Shown: positions 55,705-64,000 of the stretch, in pieces
How the letters are laid out: every line of letters starts with the position of its first letter
Position numbering within the stretch: position 1 is the first letter of the stretch
NCBI GenBank assembly: GCA_031414535.1
Contig: JANNVQ010000005.1
Span: forward strand, 32,001 to 96,000
DNA length: 64,000 nucleotides
Direction of reading: 5' to 3'
DNA from: Gemmatimonas sp.
GTDB lineage: Bacteria; Gemmatimonadota; Gemmatimonadetes; Gemmatimonadales; Gemmatimonadaceae
The notes under the pieces: model-generated
What the model was told of the DNA's origin: nothing
The model's input: only the letters and a program-made list of their open reading frames with translations
The model's database searches: none
Position numbers and translations under genes: made by a program

Positions 55705-55902
55705 GTGGCTGAGAAGAAGCCCTTCCTGCTGCGCGTTGATCGCTCAGTGCTGGAGCAACTCCAGCGCTGGGCGAACGACGAGTTGCGGTCGGTGAATGGG
55801 CAGATTGAGTTTGTGTTGCGCGACGCTTTGCGTCGCGCTGGACGGATGACGGATGACGGAAGCGAACAGCTACGGACTCACGGGGATGATGATGCTTTAT
55901 AA
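55705..55902 (+). CDS. Ribbon-helix-helix (Arc-like) DNA-binding protein
   Basis: KKPFLLRVD..VL..L.RWA.DELRSVNGQIEFVL, directly after the SPFH gene. Confidence 0.85.
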   Translation: MAEKKPFLLRVDRSVLEQLQRWANDELRSVNGQIEFVLRDALRRAGRMTDDGSEQLRTHGDDDAL

Positions 55903-57346
55903 GATCGGGCGACGGGGACGGGCGGCAGTTGTGCGCGCAGTGCTGGTGGCGGTGGCGCTCATCGCCCTCGGCATCGTAATGCTTGCGCGCAAAGCCTCGG
56001 CACAGAGTGTGGAGTCCGACGCTTGGAAACTGCGCCTCGACTCGGCGATCCTCGCGCAGATGGCTGCTGGCAACACGCCCGGCGCTCAGGTAGCAGTGGT
56101 GTATCGCGGAGAGGTTGTGTATGCGAAGGCCTATGGCGTTGCTGATATCGAGACGGGGCGCGCGGTCTCTAACGCGACGCTGTTTCGCATTGGCAGCGTG
56201 ACCAAGATGATGACGGGTGCGTTGGCGGCGGAGCTGGCGGAGCAGGGGAAGTTGGATTTGAGCGCGCCCATCTCGCGCTATGTGCCTTCGCTCGAGGGCA
56301 AGCGCGTGGGAACGGTCACGATGCATCAACTACTGACGCATACCGCTGGCTGGCGAGACAACGTCGTTCCATATGGCAGAATGGGCGAAGGCGCACTCGG
56401 TGAAGTCATGACCGAAGTGACGGATACTCTTTTTTTCACTGAGCCAGGACGCCTGCTTTCGTATTCCAACCCCGGCTACTCGATGGCGGGGTATGTCATT
56501 GAGCGCGCCGGTGGCGAGCGCTACGCGGCCTTGATGGCCCGTATGATTTTGCGTCCTAGCGGGATGCCCTACGCCACGTTCCGCCCGCTCGAGGTGATGA
56601 CGCGGGACTATTCGCAGGGCCACGTGGGGATGCCCAACGGTCCGGGCCAGATTGTGCGGCCTTTCACTGAGAACACGGCGCAGTGGGCGGCTGGATTCCT
56701 CATGGCAAGTGCCACCGATGTGGCGCGTTTTGCCTCGCTGCTGATGGATGGTGGCATGATCGATGGTAAGCGCGTCATCTCCGAGAACGCCGCTCGGCGC
56801 GTAGTCACCGGTGAAGCACAGATTCCCGGCGACAGCACGGCGCGTTACGCGTACGGCGTCATGACGGCGCGTCAGAACGGTCGCGGGGTCTGGCAGCACG
56901 GCGGTAGCATCAACGGTTTCGACGCTATGGTGACGATGCTACCCGAGGAGCGCTTCGCGATGGTCCTCGTGGACAATCGCACCGGCGCACCTTTGAGCGG
57001 CATCTCGCGCATCGCGATGGAAGCGCTCACCGGCATTCAGGTCCCTGCACCGCCGGCGCCACCTGAAGAGCGGATGCCAACGGCCGCGGAGCGGAGTCAG
57101 CTCGTGGGGCGCTACGCGCTCGGACCCGCGGTAAGCGTTGAGATTGCTCTTTCCGGCGACACCTTGTCGTTCCGCCAGGGCGGTGCCTCACTCGGCCTGC
57201 GTATGCTCGGGCCTGATCGGCTTCGCGTGAAGACACCCGGCACGATGCCGCCAGTCGTACTTGAGTTGGTCCGCGATGCAAACGGCCGCGTGACATACCT
57301 GCATCAGGGTCTGCGTGCGATTCCCCGCGTAGAAACGCCGCGCTGA
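55886..57346 (+). CDS. Exported serine hydrolase (beta-lactamase class C / D-peptidase family)
   Basis: FRIGSVTK (SxxK), LLTHTAG, YSN and HGG. Start is uncertain (ATGs at 55886, 55889, 55892); the track start at 55853 lies in a repeat. Confidence 0.88.
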   Translation: MMMLYKIGRRGRAAVVRAVLVAVALIALGIVMLARKASAQSVESDAWKLRLDSAILAQMAAGNTPGAQVAVVYRGEVVYAKAYGVADIETGRAVSNATLFRIGSVTKMMTGALAAELAEQGKLDLSAPISRYVPSLEGKRVGTVTMHQLLTHTAGWRDNVVPYGRMGEGALGEVMTEVTDTLFFTEPGRLLSYSNPGYSMAGYVIERAGGERYAALMARMILRPSGMPYATFRPLEVMTRDYSQGHVGMPNGPGQIVRPFTENTAQWAAGFLMASATDVARFASLLMDGGMIDGKRVISENAARRVVTGEAQIPGDSTARYAYGVMTARQNGRGVWQHGGSINGFDAMVTMLPEERFAMVLVDNRTGAPLSGISRIAMEALTGIQVPAPPAPPEERMPTAAERSQLVGRYALGPAVSVEIALSGDTLSFRQGGASLGLRMLGPDRLRVKTPGTMPPVVLELVRDANGRVTYLHQGLRAIPRVETPR

Positions 57347-57912
57347 TGCTATTGCGCATTCTGCCTTGGGCAATCGTGTCTGGCTTGACGCTCTTCAGCG
57401 TGGCGACCTATGCCGGCTTGCCCGCGGAGATTCCGCGGCATCTGAATTCTGCGGGCGAAGCCACACGCAGCGTAGAACTCACGTGGATGTCGTGGATGCT
57501 CTTGCCGTTCATTGCCGCGGCGACACAGGCATTCATGACTTGGCTCACGCTGCTGCTGCCCAGCAAGCCAGATCTGTTCAGCTTTGCCGAGAAGGAACGC
57601 TTCCTAAAGTTACCGCGCGAGTATCAGGGCGATACAATCGTGCGGATGCAGGCAACGATGGACATCATCGCGGGCTTCACGATGCTGGTGCTGTTCGCCG
57701 TGCAGGTAGTCTTGTGGCGCACAGCAATGGGGCATCCTTCTAAGAACACGCTTCCCTTCTTGATGGTGGGCACCATCGTGTTCCTTCCGCTCGCACTCGT
57801 GTTAACCTCGCGTGTGAGCGCGGCGGCCAACGCGGCCGAGAAGAAGTGGCGCGCCGCTACGGGCGAAACGGATTCGAGAACTTCGGGTCCGCGCTCAGCG
57901 ACTGATCGTTGA
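57346..57912 (+). CDS. DUF1648 domain membrane protein
   Basis: Y..LP.EIP.H.N..GE motif after TM1, four hydrophobic segments, TGATG coupling to the upstream gene. Confidence 0.8.
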   Translation: MLLRILPWAIVSGLTLFSVATYAGLPAEIPRHLNSAGEATRSVELTWMSWMLLPFIAAATQAFMTWLTLLLPSKPDLFSFAEKERFLKLPREYQGDTIVRMQATMDIIAGFTMLVLFAVQVVLWRTAMGHPSKNTLPFLMVGTIVFLPLALVLTSRVSAAANAAEKKWRAATGETDSRTSGPRSATDR

Positions 57913-59005
57913 GCGTGCGGAGGAAGGCTGCAAGTGCCGCCTTATCCGCGTCCGAGAGGTTGAGCCGCTGCGGCGTTCCACCCGGCCCACGCAGACGAGG
58001 GTCCAGGCTCGGACCGTTCTGCACGCCGCTGTTGTAAAACTCGACGACCTGCTCGAGCGTGCTAAAGCGGCCATCATGCATCAAGCGTGCGCTCCGACCT
58101 ACGTCCTTCAGCGATGGTGACCGAAAGACGGTCGTCTGACCGGCATCCAAGCCGTTGGAGAGCGAGTTGGCCGTAATCGAGAAGCTCGGCGCCGCGTGAC
58201 AGCCTTGGCAGCCCGCGCCTCCCGCGTTCGGCGGCTGAAAGAAAATCACCTGCCCCCTGCTCTCCTGCGCCGTGAAGCCCGGAAGCGGTGCAAGAAAGTT
58301 TGGTCCGCCTGGCCCCTGCGGCACGCTCGCGAAAGCCACATCCCAGCGGCTATTGATGGCGAGAATGCTGCGTACATACTGCGAGAGCGCACGCTGCACG
58401 CGGACCTCGTCAATGGTCTCAGTACCGAAGGCGAGCTTGAAGAGCGGCGCGTAGTAGGGCAGCGAGTCGAGGCGTGCGATGACCGCAGCGAATCCGCCGT
58501 GCGTGGCATCGAAGCCCATTTCTACGATGTCCTGAATGGGCTGCGTGGTCTGCGCCTCCAGCGAGGCCGCCCGACGATCCCAGAAATACCGCGCGCTTTC
58601 GTTGAAACGCGCGTTGCCCAAGCGCATCGAGTGCATGCTGGTGCGGCTCACGCCATCAATGCCAAGCGAAAAACGTGCCGTATCGCCAAAGGCGAGGCTC
58701 TGCGCGTGGCAGCTCGCGCAGGACACGTTCCTCGTGCGGCTCAAGTTCCGGTCGTAGAACAAAACGCGCCCCAGCAAGGCCCCTTGGTTCGTCGTGGGGT
58801 TGTTGACTGGTGTGCGATCCTCGCGCGTGAGCACGGGAGGCGCGTAGGACGCGGGTAAGGCTTGCGCGGCGTAGTTAGGCGGCGCGGTGGGATCGATCGT
58901 CAGCGCCTCGCGCACGGCGGCGAACTCGTCGGCGGTGTTTCCGGTGCTGGCGTCGGCACAGGCCAAGCTGACCAGGGCGAGAACAACTGTGGGGATGGCG
59001 CGCAT
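57857..59005 (-). CDS. Di-haem cytochrome c peroxidase (bCcP/MauG family) lipoprotein
   Basis: Lipobox SLAC; LGRVLFYD..LS, CASCH, FWD.RA.SLE.Q, CQGCH, MHDG...TLEQVV.FY. Confidence 0.92.
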   Translation of the reverse strand: MRAIPTVVLALVSLACADASTGNTADEFAAVREALTIDPTAPPNYAAQALPASYAPPVLTREDRTPVNNPTTNQGALLGRVLFYDRNLSRTRNVSCASCHAQSLAFGDTARFSLGIDGVSRTSMHSMRLGNARFNESARYFWDRRAASLEAQTTQPIQDIVEMGFDATHGGFAAVIARLDSLPYYAPLFKLAFGTETIDEVRVQRALSQYVRSILAINSRWDVAFASVPQGPGGPNFLAPLPGFTAQESRGQVIFFQPPNAGGAGCQGCHAAPSFSITANSLSNGLDAGQTTVFRSPSLKDVGRSARLMHDGRFSTLEQVVEFYNSGVQNGPSLDPRLRGPGGTPQRLNLSDADKAALAAFLRTLNDQSLSADPKFSNPFRP

Positions 59006-59052
59006 GGCGGTGGTGTAAGGTTACGAGGTCAGACGCCGCCAGCGCCCGAGCG

Positions 59053-60534
59053 TTAGCGCCAGCTCTCAAAGAAGCCTGTTCCGGCGCCGCCGAGCGGCCG
59101 CCCCGCGAGCCGACCGCTCAAGACCGCCCGCCCCTTCATCTGGATAAACACGCGGCTGCCCGCGCTCGAGGTACTGGGGCGGCGTCCCCGCATCGGCGTC
59201 GCAACCGCGTCTTCAATGTCCAGTTCAATACGCAAAGTATCGGCCCCACGCGCATCAAAGAGCAAGGCGCGGCGCGGCGTCCGAATCGTCCGGCCCGCCA
59301 CCCGCATCTCACGCCCATCCTCGTAGCTGATGCGCTGCGGTCGGAAAATACCTGCGAACCCCAGCGAATCCACGAGATACACGAAGAGTGGCTCATCCAC
59401 CGTGGCCGTGCCCTCGCGCATCACGCGTCCATAGAGCAAGGAGTACTGCCCAGCTCGCGCTGACCCCCACTCCCAAGTCACATCCTGCCACACGCCCCAG
59501 TTGTGATCGTGATACGACTGCGCGGCATCATAGCGCTCGCAGCGGCCGCTGACGCAAAGCGTGCCATTGGCTTGGGCTCGTAGAGCGGGCACTGCGTACC
59601 CACTCACGATGGCCTCGCCACCGATGTTCGCGCCTGGGAAATACCCAGCGGGTTCGGGCGTGACGATGATATCTACCACCGCCTCGGCGCTGCCGCCCTG
59701 CTCTCTCGCCGTCGCTCGCACGCGGTAAGTCCCATCACCGAGCAGAGTCACCGCGCTGGTGCCCAGCTGCAAATCAGCCGCTGCAGTATCGAGTGCGATG
59801 CTGGTGCTCGGCACCACGGTCTCAAAGCGACGCTCGGGCTTTCCCTCCTCGTGGACCGTGATGAGCACCTGCCCAGCCCATTGGCCATTGGGCACATCGC
59901 CGCCCACCGCGAGTGTGATGAACGCCCATTGCTTGCCATCCGCGCGCAGCACGTTGAAGTAGTGCCACTCGCCCCAAGTCTCACGCTCATCTGCGCTCAA
60001 GCGTGCCGGCGTGTGATGAAAGCGGTCAATCTCTTCGCGCAGCTCGCGCGGCGTCGGCGCAAGAAAGCGCCGATCAAACTCGTCGTCGTCCCAGCTGCCC
60101 GCGAGCATCGTGGGGCCCGCACCCACCGCCTGAGTGGCGGAGGGAATCTCACCCATGGCGCGCACGGGGTACTCGTTGCCCTCGCGTGTCTTCACGTAAA
60201 GCAGCTGCCCGTCTGTTTGCGGCGCCACGGCGGTCACCACGTGAGACAACCGTGGCGAGGCCAACACTTGGCGATACACGAAGCGCGCATTGGGGATATT
60301 CACGAACATCCCACCCACACCGCCGGTCTTCATCACTTCAAGCGAGAGGCCCTCGGGCAGCACAGAGATGGTGCCGCCACCGACGAGCTTCTCGTCCTTG
60401 CTCTGCAACACCATCGCCTCGCCAATGGCGAGCAGCGTGATCATCACGCCCACGCCAAGCCCAAAGCCCACGAGCAGGAAGAGCGTACGCCATGGGCGAT
60501 CGCGCAGGCCACCGAAGGCGAGGCGAAGAATCAC
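59053..60534 (-). CDS. Fusion of a MacB/LolC-type permease N-half with an AttH/CrtC-like lipocalin domain
   Basis: LA...L..R..RT + TM1 + periplasmic segment to LAGSW, then GEWHYF, SYHDHNWG and WEWG. GTG at 60534 has GGAG upstream. Confidence 0.78.
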   Translation of the reverse strand: MILRLAFGGLRDRPWRTLFLLVGFGLGVGVMITLLAIGEAMVLQSKDEKLVGGGTISVLPEGLSLEVMKTGGVGGMFVNIPNARFVYRQVLASPRLSHVVTAVAPQTDGQLLYVKTREGNEYPVRAMGEIPSATQAVGAGPTMLAGSWDDDEFDRRFLAPTPRELREEIDRFHHTPARLSADERETWGEWHYFNVLRADGKQWAFITLAVGGDVPNGQWAGQVLITVHEEGKPERRFETVVPSTSIALDTAAADLQLGTSAVTLLGDGTYRVRATAREQGGSAEAVVDIIVTPEPAGYFPGANIGGEAIVSGYAVPALRAQANGTLCVSGRCERYDAAQSYHDHNWGVWQDVTWEWGSARAGQYSLLYGRVMREGTATVDEPLFVYLVDSLGFAGIFRPQRISYEDGREMRVAGRTIRTPRRALLFDARGADTLRIELDIEDAVATPMRGRRPSTSSAGSRVFIQMKGRAVLSGRLAGRPLGGAGTGFFESWR

Positions 60535-60559
60535 GAGGCGCGCTCCACGGGCGTGCGCA

Positions 60560-61315
60560 TCAGGCGCGACGCCCCGTGTCGTCCACAATCTGGCCGTCGC
60601 GCAGATGCACCACGCGCTTGGCGGCCTTGGCGAGATCTTCGTCGTGCGTCACCACCACCAGCGTGGTGCCATCGGCGTTCAAACGCGCGAACATCTCAAT
60701 CATCTCGGCGCCCGTCTTGGCATCGAGCTCGCCCGTGGGTTCGTCCGCCAGCAACAGCGCCGGCCCATTGGCCAACGCACGCGCGATGGCCACGCGCTGC
60801 TGCTCACCACCGCTCAGTTGGAAGGGACGATGATTCGCGCGACCCTCGAGCCCCACGTAGCTCAGCAACTCCCGCGCCCGCGCCTCACGCTCCACACGCG
60901 GCCGCTTGGCTTCGGCCATCGGCAGCTCCACGTTCTCTGCCGCCGTGAGCGTAGGCATCAGGTAAAAGCGCTGAAACACAAAGCCAATCTGCGTGAGCCG
61001 AAAGCGAGTAGCCTCGGCATCACTCAGCGTTGACACATCGCGCCCCGCAATCGTGATGCTCCCCGCACTCGGCCTGTCAATCACGCCGAGCAGATTCAGC
61101 AGCGTAGACTTGCCACAGCCCGAAGGCCCGACAATCGCGACGTACTCGCCCTCGGCAATGTCTAGCGAAATCCCACGTAGCGCATGCACCGCCTCCCGCG
61201 CCACGGGATAATCCCGTCGCACATCGCGCGCACTCAGGACGGAAGCTTTCGGCATTTGCTGTTGCAGTTGCCCTTGCCCCTCGCGTCCGTCATCCGTCAT
61301 CCGTCCAGTACTCAC
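60560..61315 (-). CDS. ABC transporter ATP-binding protein (LolD/MacB type)
   Basis: GPSGCGKS, IGFVFQ, LSGGEQQRVAIARAL, LLADEPTG.LD, VVVTHD. True start may be the later Met (MPKAS). Confidence 0.95.
   Translation of the reverse strand: MSTGRMTDDGREGQGQLQQQMPKASVLSARDVRRDYPVAREAVHALRGISLDIAEGEYVAIVGPSGCGKSTLLNLLGVIDRPSAGSITIAGRDVSTLSDAEATRFRLTQIGFVFQRFYLMPTLTAAENVELPMAEAKRPRVEREARARELLSYVGLEGRANHRPFQLSGGEQQRVAIARALANGPALLLADEPTGELDAKTGAEMIEMFARLNADGTTLVVVTHDEDLAKAAKRVVHLRDGQIVDDTGRRA
61283..61309. repeat. (CCGTCAT)n heptamer repeat copy
   Basis: Reverse complement is identical over 27 bp to 5145-5171. Confidence 0.85.
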
Positions 61316-62502
61316 GACACCGCCTCCTCACGTAACGTCTTCGCAATCGGCAACGAACTCGCCCGCCACGCCGGCCACACGCCAGCCAGAATCCCACAGA
61401 GCACGAGTAAACCCAGCGCCTTGTACGCCGCGCTCGGCTCAAACAAGAAAAAGTCAAACGCCGCCGGCAGTCCTGGAAACGACGCCAAGATGCCATTCAG
61501 CCACTTGGCCGTGATGAGCCCGAGCCCAAGCCCAAACACCGCACCGACGAATGAGAGCGCTACACCTTCGACCATCACTTGGGCCACGATGCGCCAGCGG
61601 GCCACGCCAATGGCGCGCAACACCGCAATCTCCCCGATGCGCTCGTTCACACTCACCGTCACGAGCGTGGTGACGAGCAAGAATCCCACAGCGAGTGATA
61701 CGGAGGCGAGGATGATGGCAAGTTGGCGAAAGTAGCCGAGTCGCTCATCTACAAAGCGCAGGGCCGCTTCGGTGGAGATAGCAGACATCCGCGGTTCGTT
61801 GCGCTCTAAGCGCGCGGCGACTGAGTCCACGTTGGCGCCATCGCGCAGGCGCACGAGCGCGACGGAGATGCGGTCTTCGCGCTCAGGGCCGCCCATAGCC
61901 TGCAGCGTGGCGATTGGCACCGCACCCGCGAGCTCACCACCGGAGAGCATTACGAAGCGTCCGCGCCCCACAATCACGAGATCCCGCGTGCCGGTGAAGC
62001 GACGCAGCTGTGGATCGTAACCGGCGCTCACGCGCACGGTGTCGCCAAGATTCTTGCCCGTGGCATCGAGCAGGGCGCCGTTCCACACGGTCTCGCTTGG
62101 GCCCTCAATCTCGCGGCCCTCGGCAATTACGTAATCCGCCTGAATGCGCGGCGCGATGCCCACCGCGAAGCCCGCGACGATGCTGTCGCCACCCGTGGCG
62201 ACAAAGAACTTGCCGCCGAGCACCGGTGCGACGCCTGCAACATCTTCGTCGGCGCTCACACGTGCGAGAAGTTCGTTGGCACCGCTGATGGTGGCCTCCG
62301 AATCGAAAGGCATGGTGCCGCGCGGCGTCATGCGCAGCTGATAGTCCTGCTGCTCTAGGAAGCCGCGGAATGATTCGCGCATACCGGAACCCAGCATGAC
62401 CATGTCGAGCAGCATGGCGGCTGCGACGGCGACGCCGGCCGTGGTGAGCGCGGTGCGCGCACGGCGGCGCCACAAGTTGGCGAGTGCGAGTCTCAGCAGC
62501 AT
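61312..62502 (-). CDS. ABC permease, MacB/FtsX (type VII), full length
   Basis: LALANLWRRRARTALT + TM1, periplasmic domain, ER..EIAVLRAIG, three C-terminal TMs, PAWRA. Confidence 0.93.
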   Translation of the reverse strand: MLLRLALANLWRRRARTALTTAGVAVAAAMLLDMVMLGSGMRESFRGFLEQQDYQLRMTPRGTMPFDSEATISGANELLARVSADEDVAGVAPVLGGKFFVATGGDSIVAGFAVGIAPRIQADYVIAEGREIEGPSETVWNGALLDATGKNLGDTVRVSAGYDPQLRRFTGTRDLVIVGRGRFVMLSGGELAGAVPIATLQAMGGPEREDRISVALVRLRDGANVDSVAARLERNEPRMSAISTEAALRFVDERLGYFRQLAIILASVSLAVGFLLVTTLVTVSVNERIGEIAVLRAIGVARWRIVAQVMVEGVALSFVGAVFGLGLGLITAKWLNGILASFPGLPAAFDFFLFEPSAAYKALGLLVLCGILAGVWPAWRASSLPIAKTLREEAVS

Positions 62503-62536
62503 GGCACTGCCGGGTTCATGATGCCGCGCATGAGCA

Positions 62537-63403
62537 TCAGCGCCCCACCAGATCGAGCGGCGCTTGCCGCACCAAGCGCTGGGCAGCGAGCAGCCCGGCC
62601 ACTACTCCGAGCCCCAACGAGAGCGCCGTCGCGAAGAGCACGATGCTCGGCGTGACGATGGCGAACTTAAGCGGCGTACTGTACACGCCTTGGTAATGCC
62701 AGTTCACGATCCAACCAGCGACGTATCCGAGCGCGGCGCCCATCGCCGAGCCGATGAGCGAGATGAGCGAGGCCTCGAGGACGACGGCACGCACGATGGT
62801 TTGGCGCGAGACGCCGATGAGCCGCAGCGCGCCCACATCGCGGCGACGTTCATCCACTTTGAGCAGCGTGATGCAAAGCAGGAAGATGGCGCTGGCGACG
62901 ATGGTGATGACGCCGATGGCGCGATGAAAGCGATTCACCACGCGGAAGGTGGCGCTGGTCTCCACTGCCACGTCGGCGGCGCGATACGCGCGGAATCCGA
63001 AAGCCAAGCTGTTGATGCCTGCGGCGGCGCTGTCTATGGCCGCGGGTTCATCGCGCGTGGCCACGGCGAAGCGGCCCACGCGATCCGTGGCACCGGTGAG
63101 CTTCTGGAGATGATCTAAGTGCAGGCGCACGCGGAACTCGCTGCGCGCAATTTCGCTGGGGTCGGCACCGCGCTTGGTGATGCCGCTGATGACCACCGTG
63201 TCGCCAGCGGAACCCGCCGAGGCTGCGATGAAGACCGTGTCGCCGATCGTGAGATTCGCGCGGGCGGCGAGGCGCTCGTCTATGGTGATGCTACGGCGTT
63301 CGACGCTCTCGACACGCCGTGGCGCTTGCGCTTGAGCCCCCCCGGACCCAAACGCAAGCGCCGTCAGCAGCGCCAGCAAAAGCTTCAGCTGGCGCCGCGT
63401 CAT
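62537..63403 (-). CDS. MacB/FtsX permease C-half with its own signal peptide
   Basis: Signal peptide (AQA), then ITIDERLA...L.IGDTV, ERRRDVGALRLIG and three TMs; no TM1 or N-terminal half. Confidence 0.85.
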   Translation of the reverse strand: MTRRQLKLLLALLTALAFGSGGAQAQAPRRVESVERRSITIDERLAARANLTIGDTVFIAASAGSAGDTVVISGITKRGADPSEIARSEFRVRLHLDHLQKLTGATDRVGRFAVATRDEPAAIDSAAAGINSLAFGFRAYRAADVAVETSATFRVVNRFHRAIGVITIVASAIFLLCITLLKVDERRRDVGALRLIGVSRQTIVRAVVLEASLISLIGSAMGAALGYVAGWIVNWHYQGVYSTPLKFAIVTPSIVLFATALSLGLGVVAGLLAAQRLVRQAPLDLVGR

Positions 63404-63410
63404 GTAGCGA

Positions 63411-63986
63411 TTAGGACCGCGGCTTGTTGAAGGCCACGTCGAACTGGACCTTCACTTCGTTCTCGATCGGATTGACCGTCGAGTTGTACGACACGCCGTA
63501 CTCCGAACGATCAATCACGAACTCGCCGGTCACGCGACCCATGTTGTTCTGCGGGTCAAAGAAGTTCAGGCGGGCCGGGATGGTGATGCGCTTGGTCTTG
63601 CCGCGGATGGTAAGGTCACCAAGGATGCGGAGACGGCCGTTCTCGCCGGAGTTGTTCACGTTCACGGACTTGAACGTGATCTGCGGGAAGGAATCAGCGG
63701 CGAAGAAATCATTGCTCTTCAGGTGGCCATCACGACGCTCGATGCGCGTGTCAATGGATGTCGCATCAATGGTGATGTTCAGCGCCGTCGCTTCGACGTT
63801 TGCGGCGTCGAACATGATCTCAGCGTCCCAGCGCTGGAAGGTGCCGTGCGCCGACAGTAGGCGGGACTCGGCGACGAAATTGATCTGCGAATGCGCGACG
63901 TCGCGCACGAAGCGCTCCGGAGCGGAGGCGGGCGTGGCGGCGACGAGGGCCGGGGCGAGCAAGAGTGCGAACGCGATGCGCTTCAT
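63411..63986 (-). CDS. YceI family periplasmic lipid/isoprenoid-binding protein
   Basis: D.AHS.I.F, G.F, IDA.SIDT....RD.HL...DFF....FP.ITF, GDLTIRG, IDR..YG. Confidence 0.93.
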   Translation of the reverse strand: MKRIAFALLLAPALVAATPASAPERFVRDVAHSQINFVAESRLLSAHGTFQRWDAEIMFDAANVEATALNITIDATSIDTRIERRDGHLKSNDFFAADSFPQITFKSVNVNNSGENGRLRILGDLTIRGKTKRITIPARLNFFDPQNNMGRVTGEFVIDRSEYGVSYNSTVNPIENEVKVQFDVAFNKPRS

Positions 63987-64000
63987 TACAAACTTCTCCA

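Overview
High-GC bacterial chromosomal window. The gene styles and protein families suggest Gemmatimonadota, but that is inference. About 38 kb of the 64 kb encodes three giant predicted lipoproteins. Two are tandem paralogous Ig-like-repeat adhesins (6461 and 2904 aa) that share a promoter, an ~870-aa N-terminal stalk and a downstream hairpin, but have different C-terminal tips. The third is a 3321-aa protein with 29 Cys-paired FN3 repeats, the last gene of a translationally coupled operon with a Ser/Thr kinase and a trypsin-fold pseudoprotease. The right end holds a YceI plus MacB/LolCDE-type ABC operon. One of its permeases appears split into two complementary genes, with the N-half fused to an AttH/CrtC-like lipocalin domain. 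The rest is housekeeping and envelope genes (rnz, mgtE, an EamA pair, SURF1, DUF72, an SPFH-RHH-serine hydrolase-DUF1648 cluster, a di-haem peroxidase). There is also a dispersed (CCGTCAT)n heptamer repeat family and two long structured intergenic elements. No tRNA, rRNA, CRISPR array, transposase or integrase was seen. All domain calls are motif recognition by eye, not database results.
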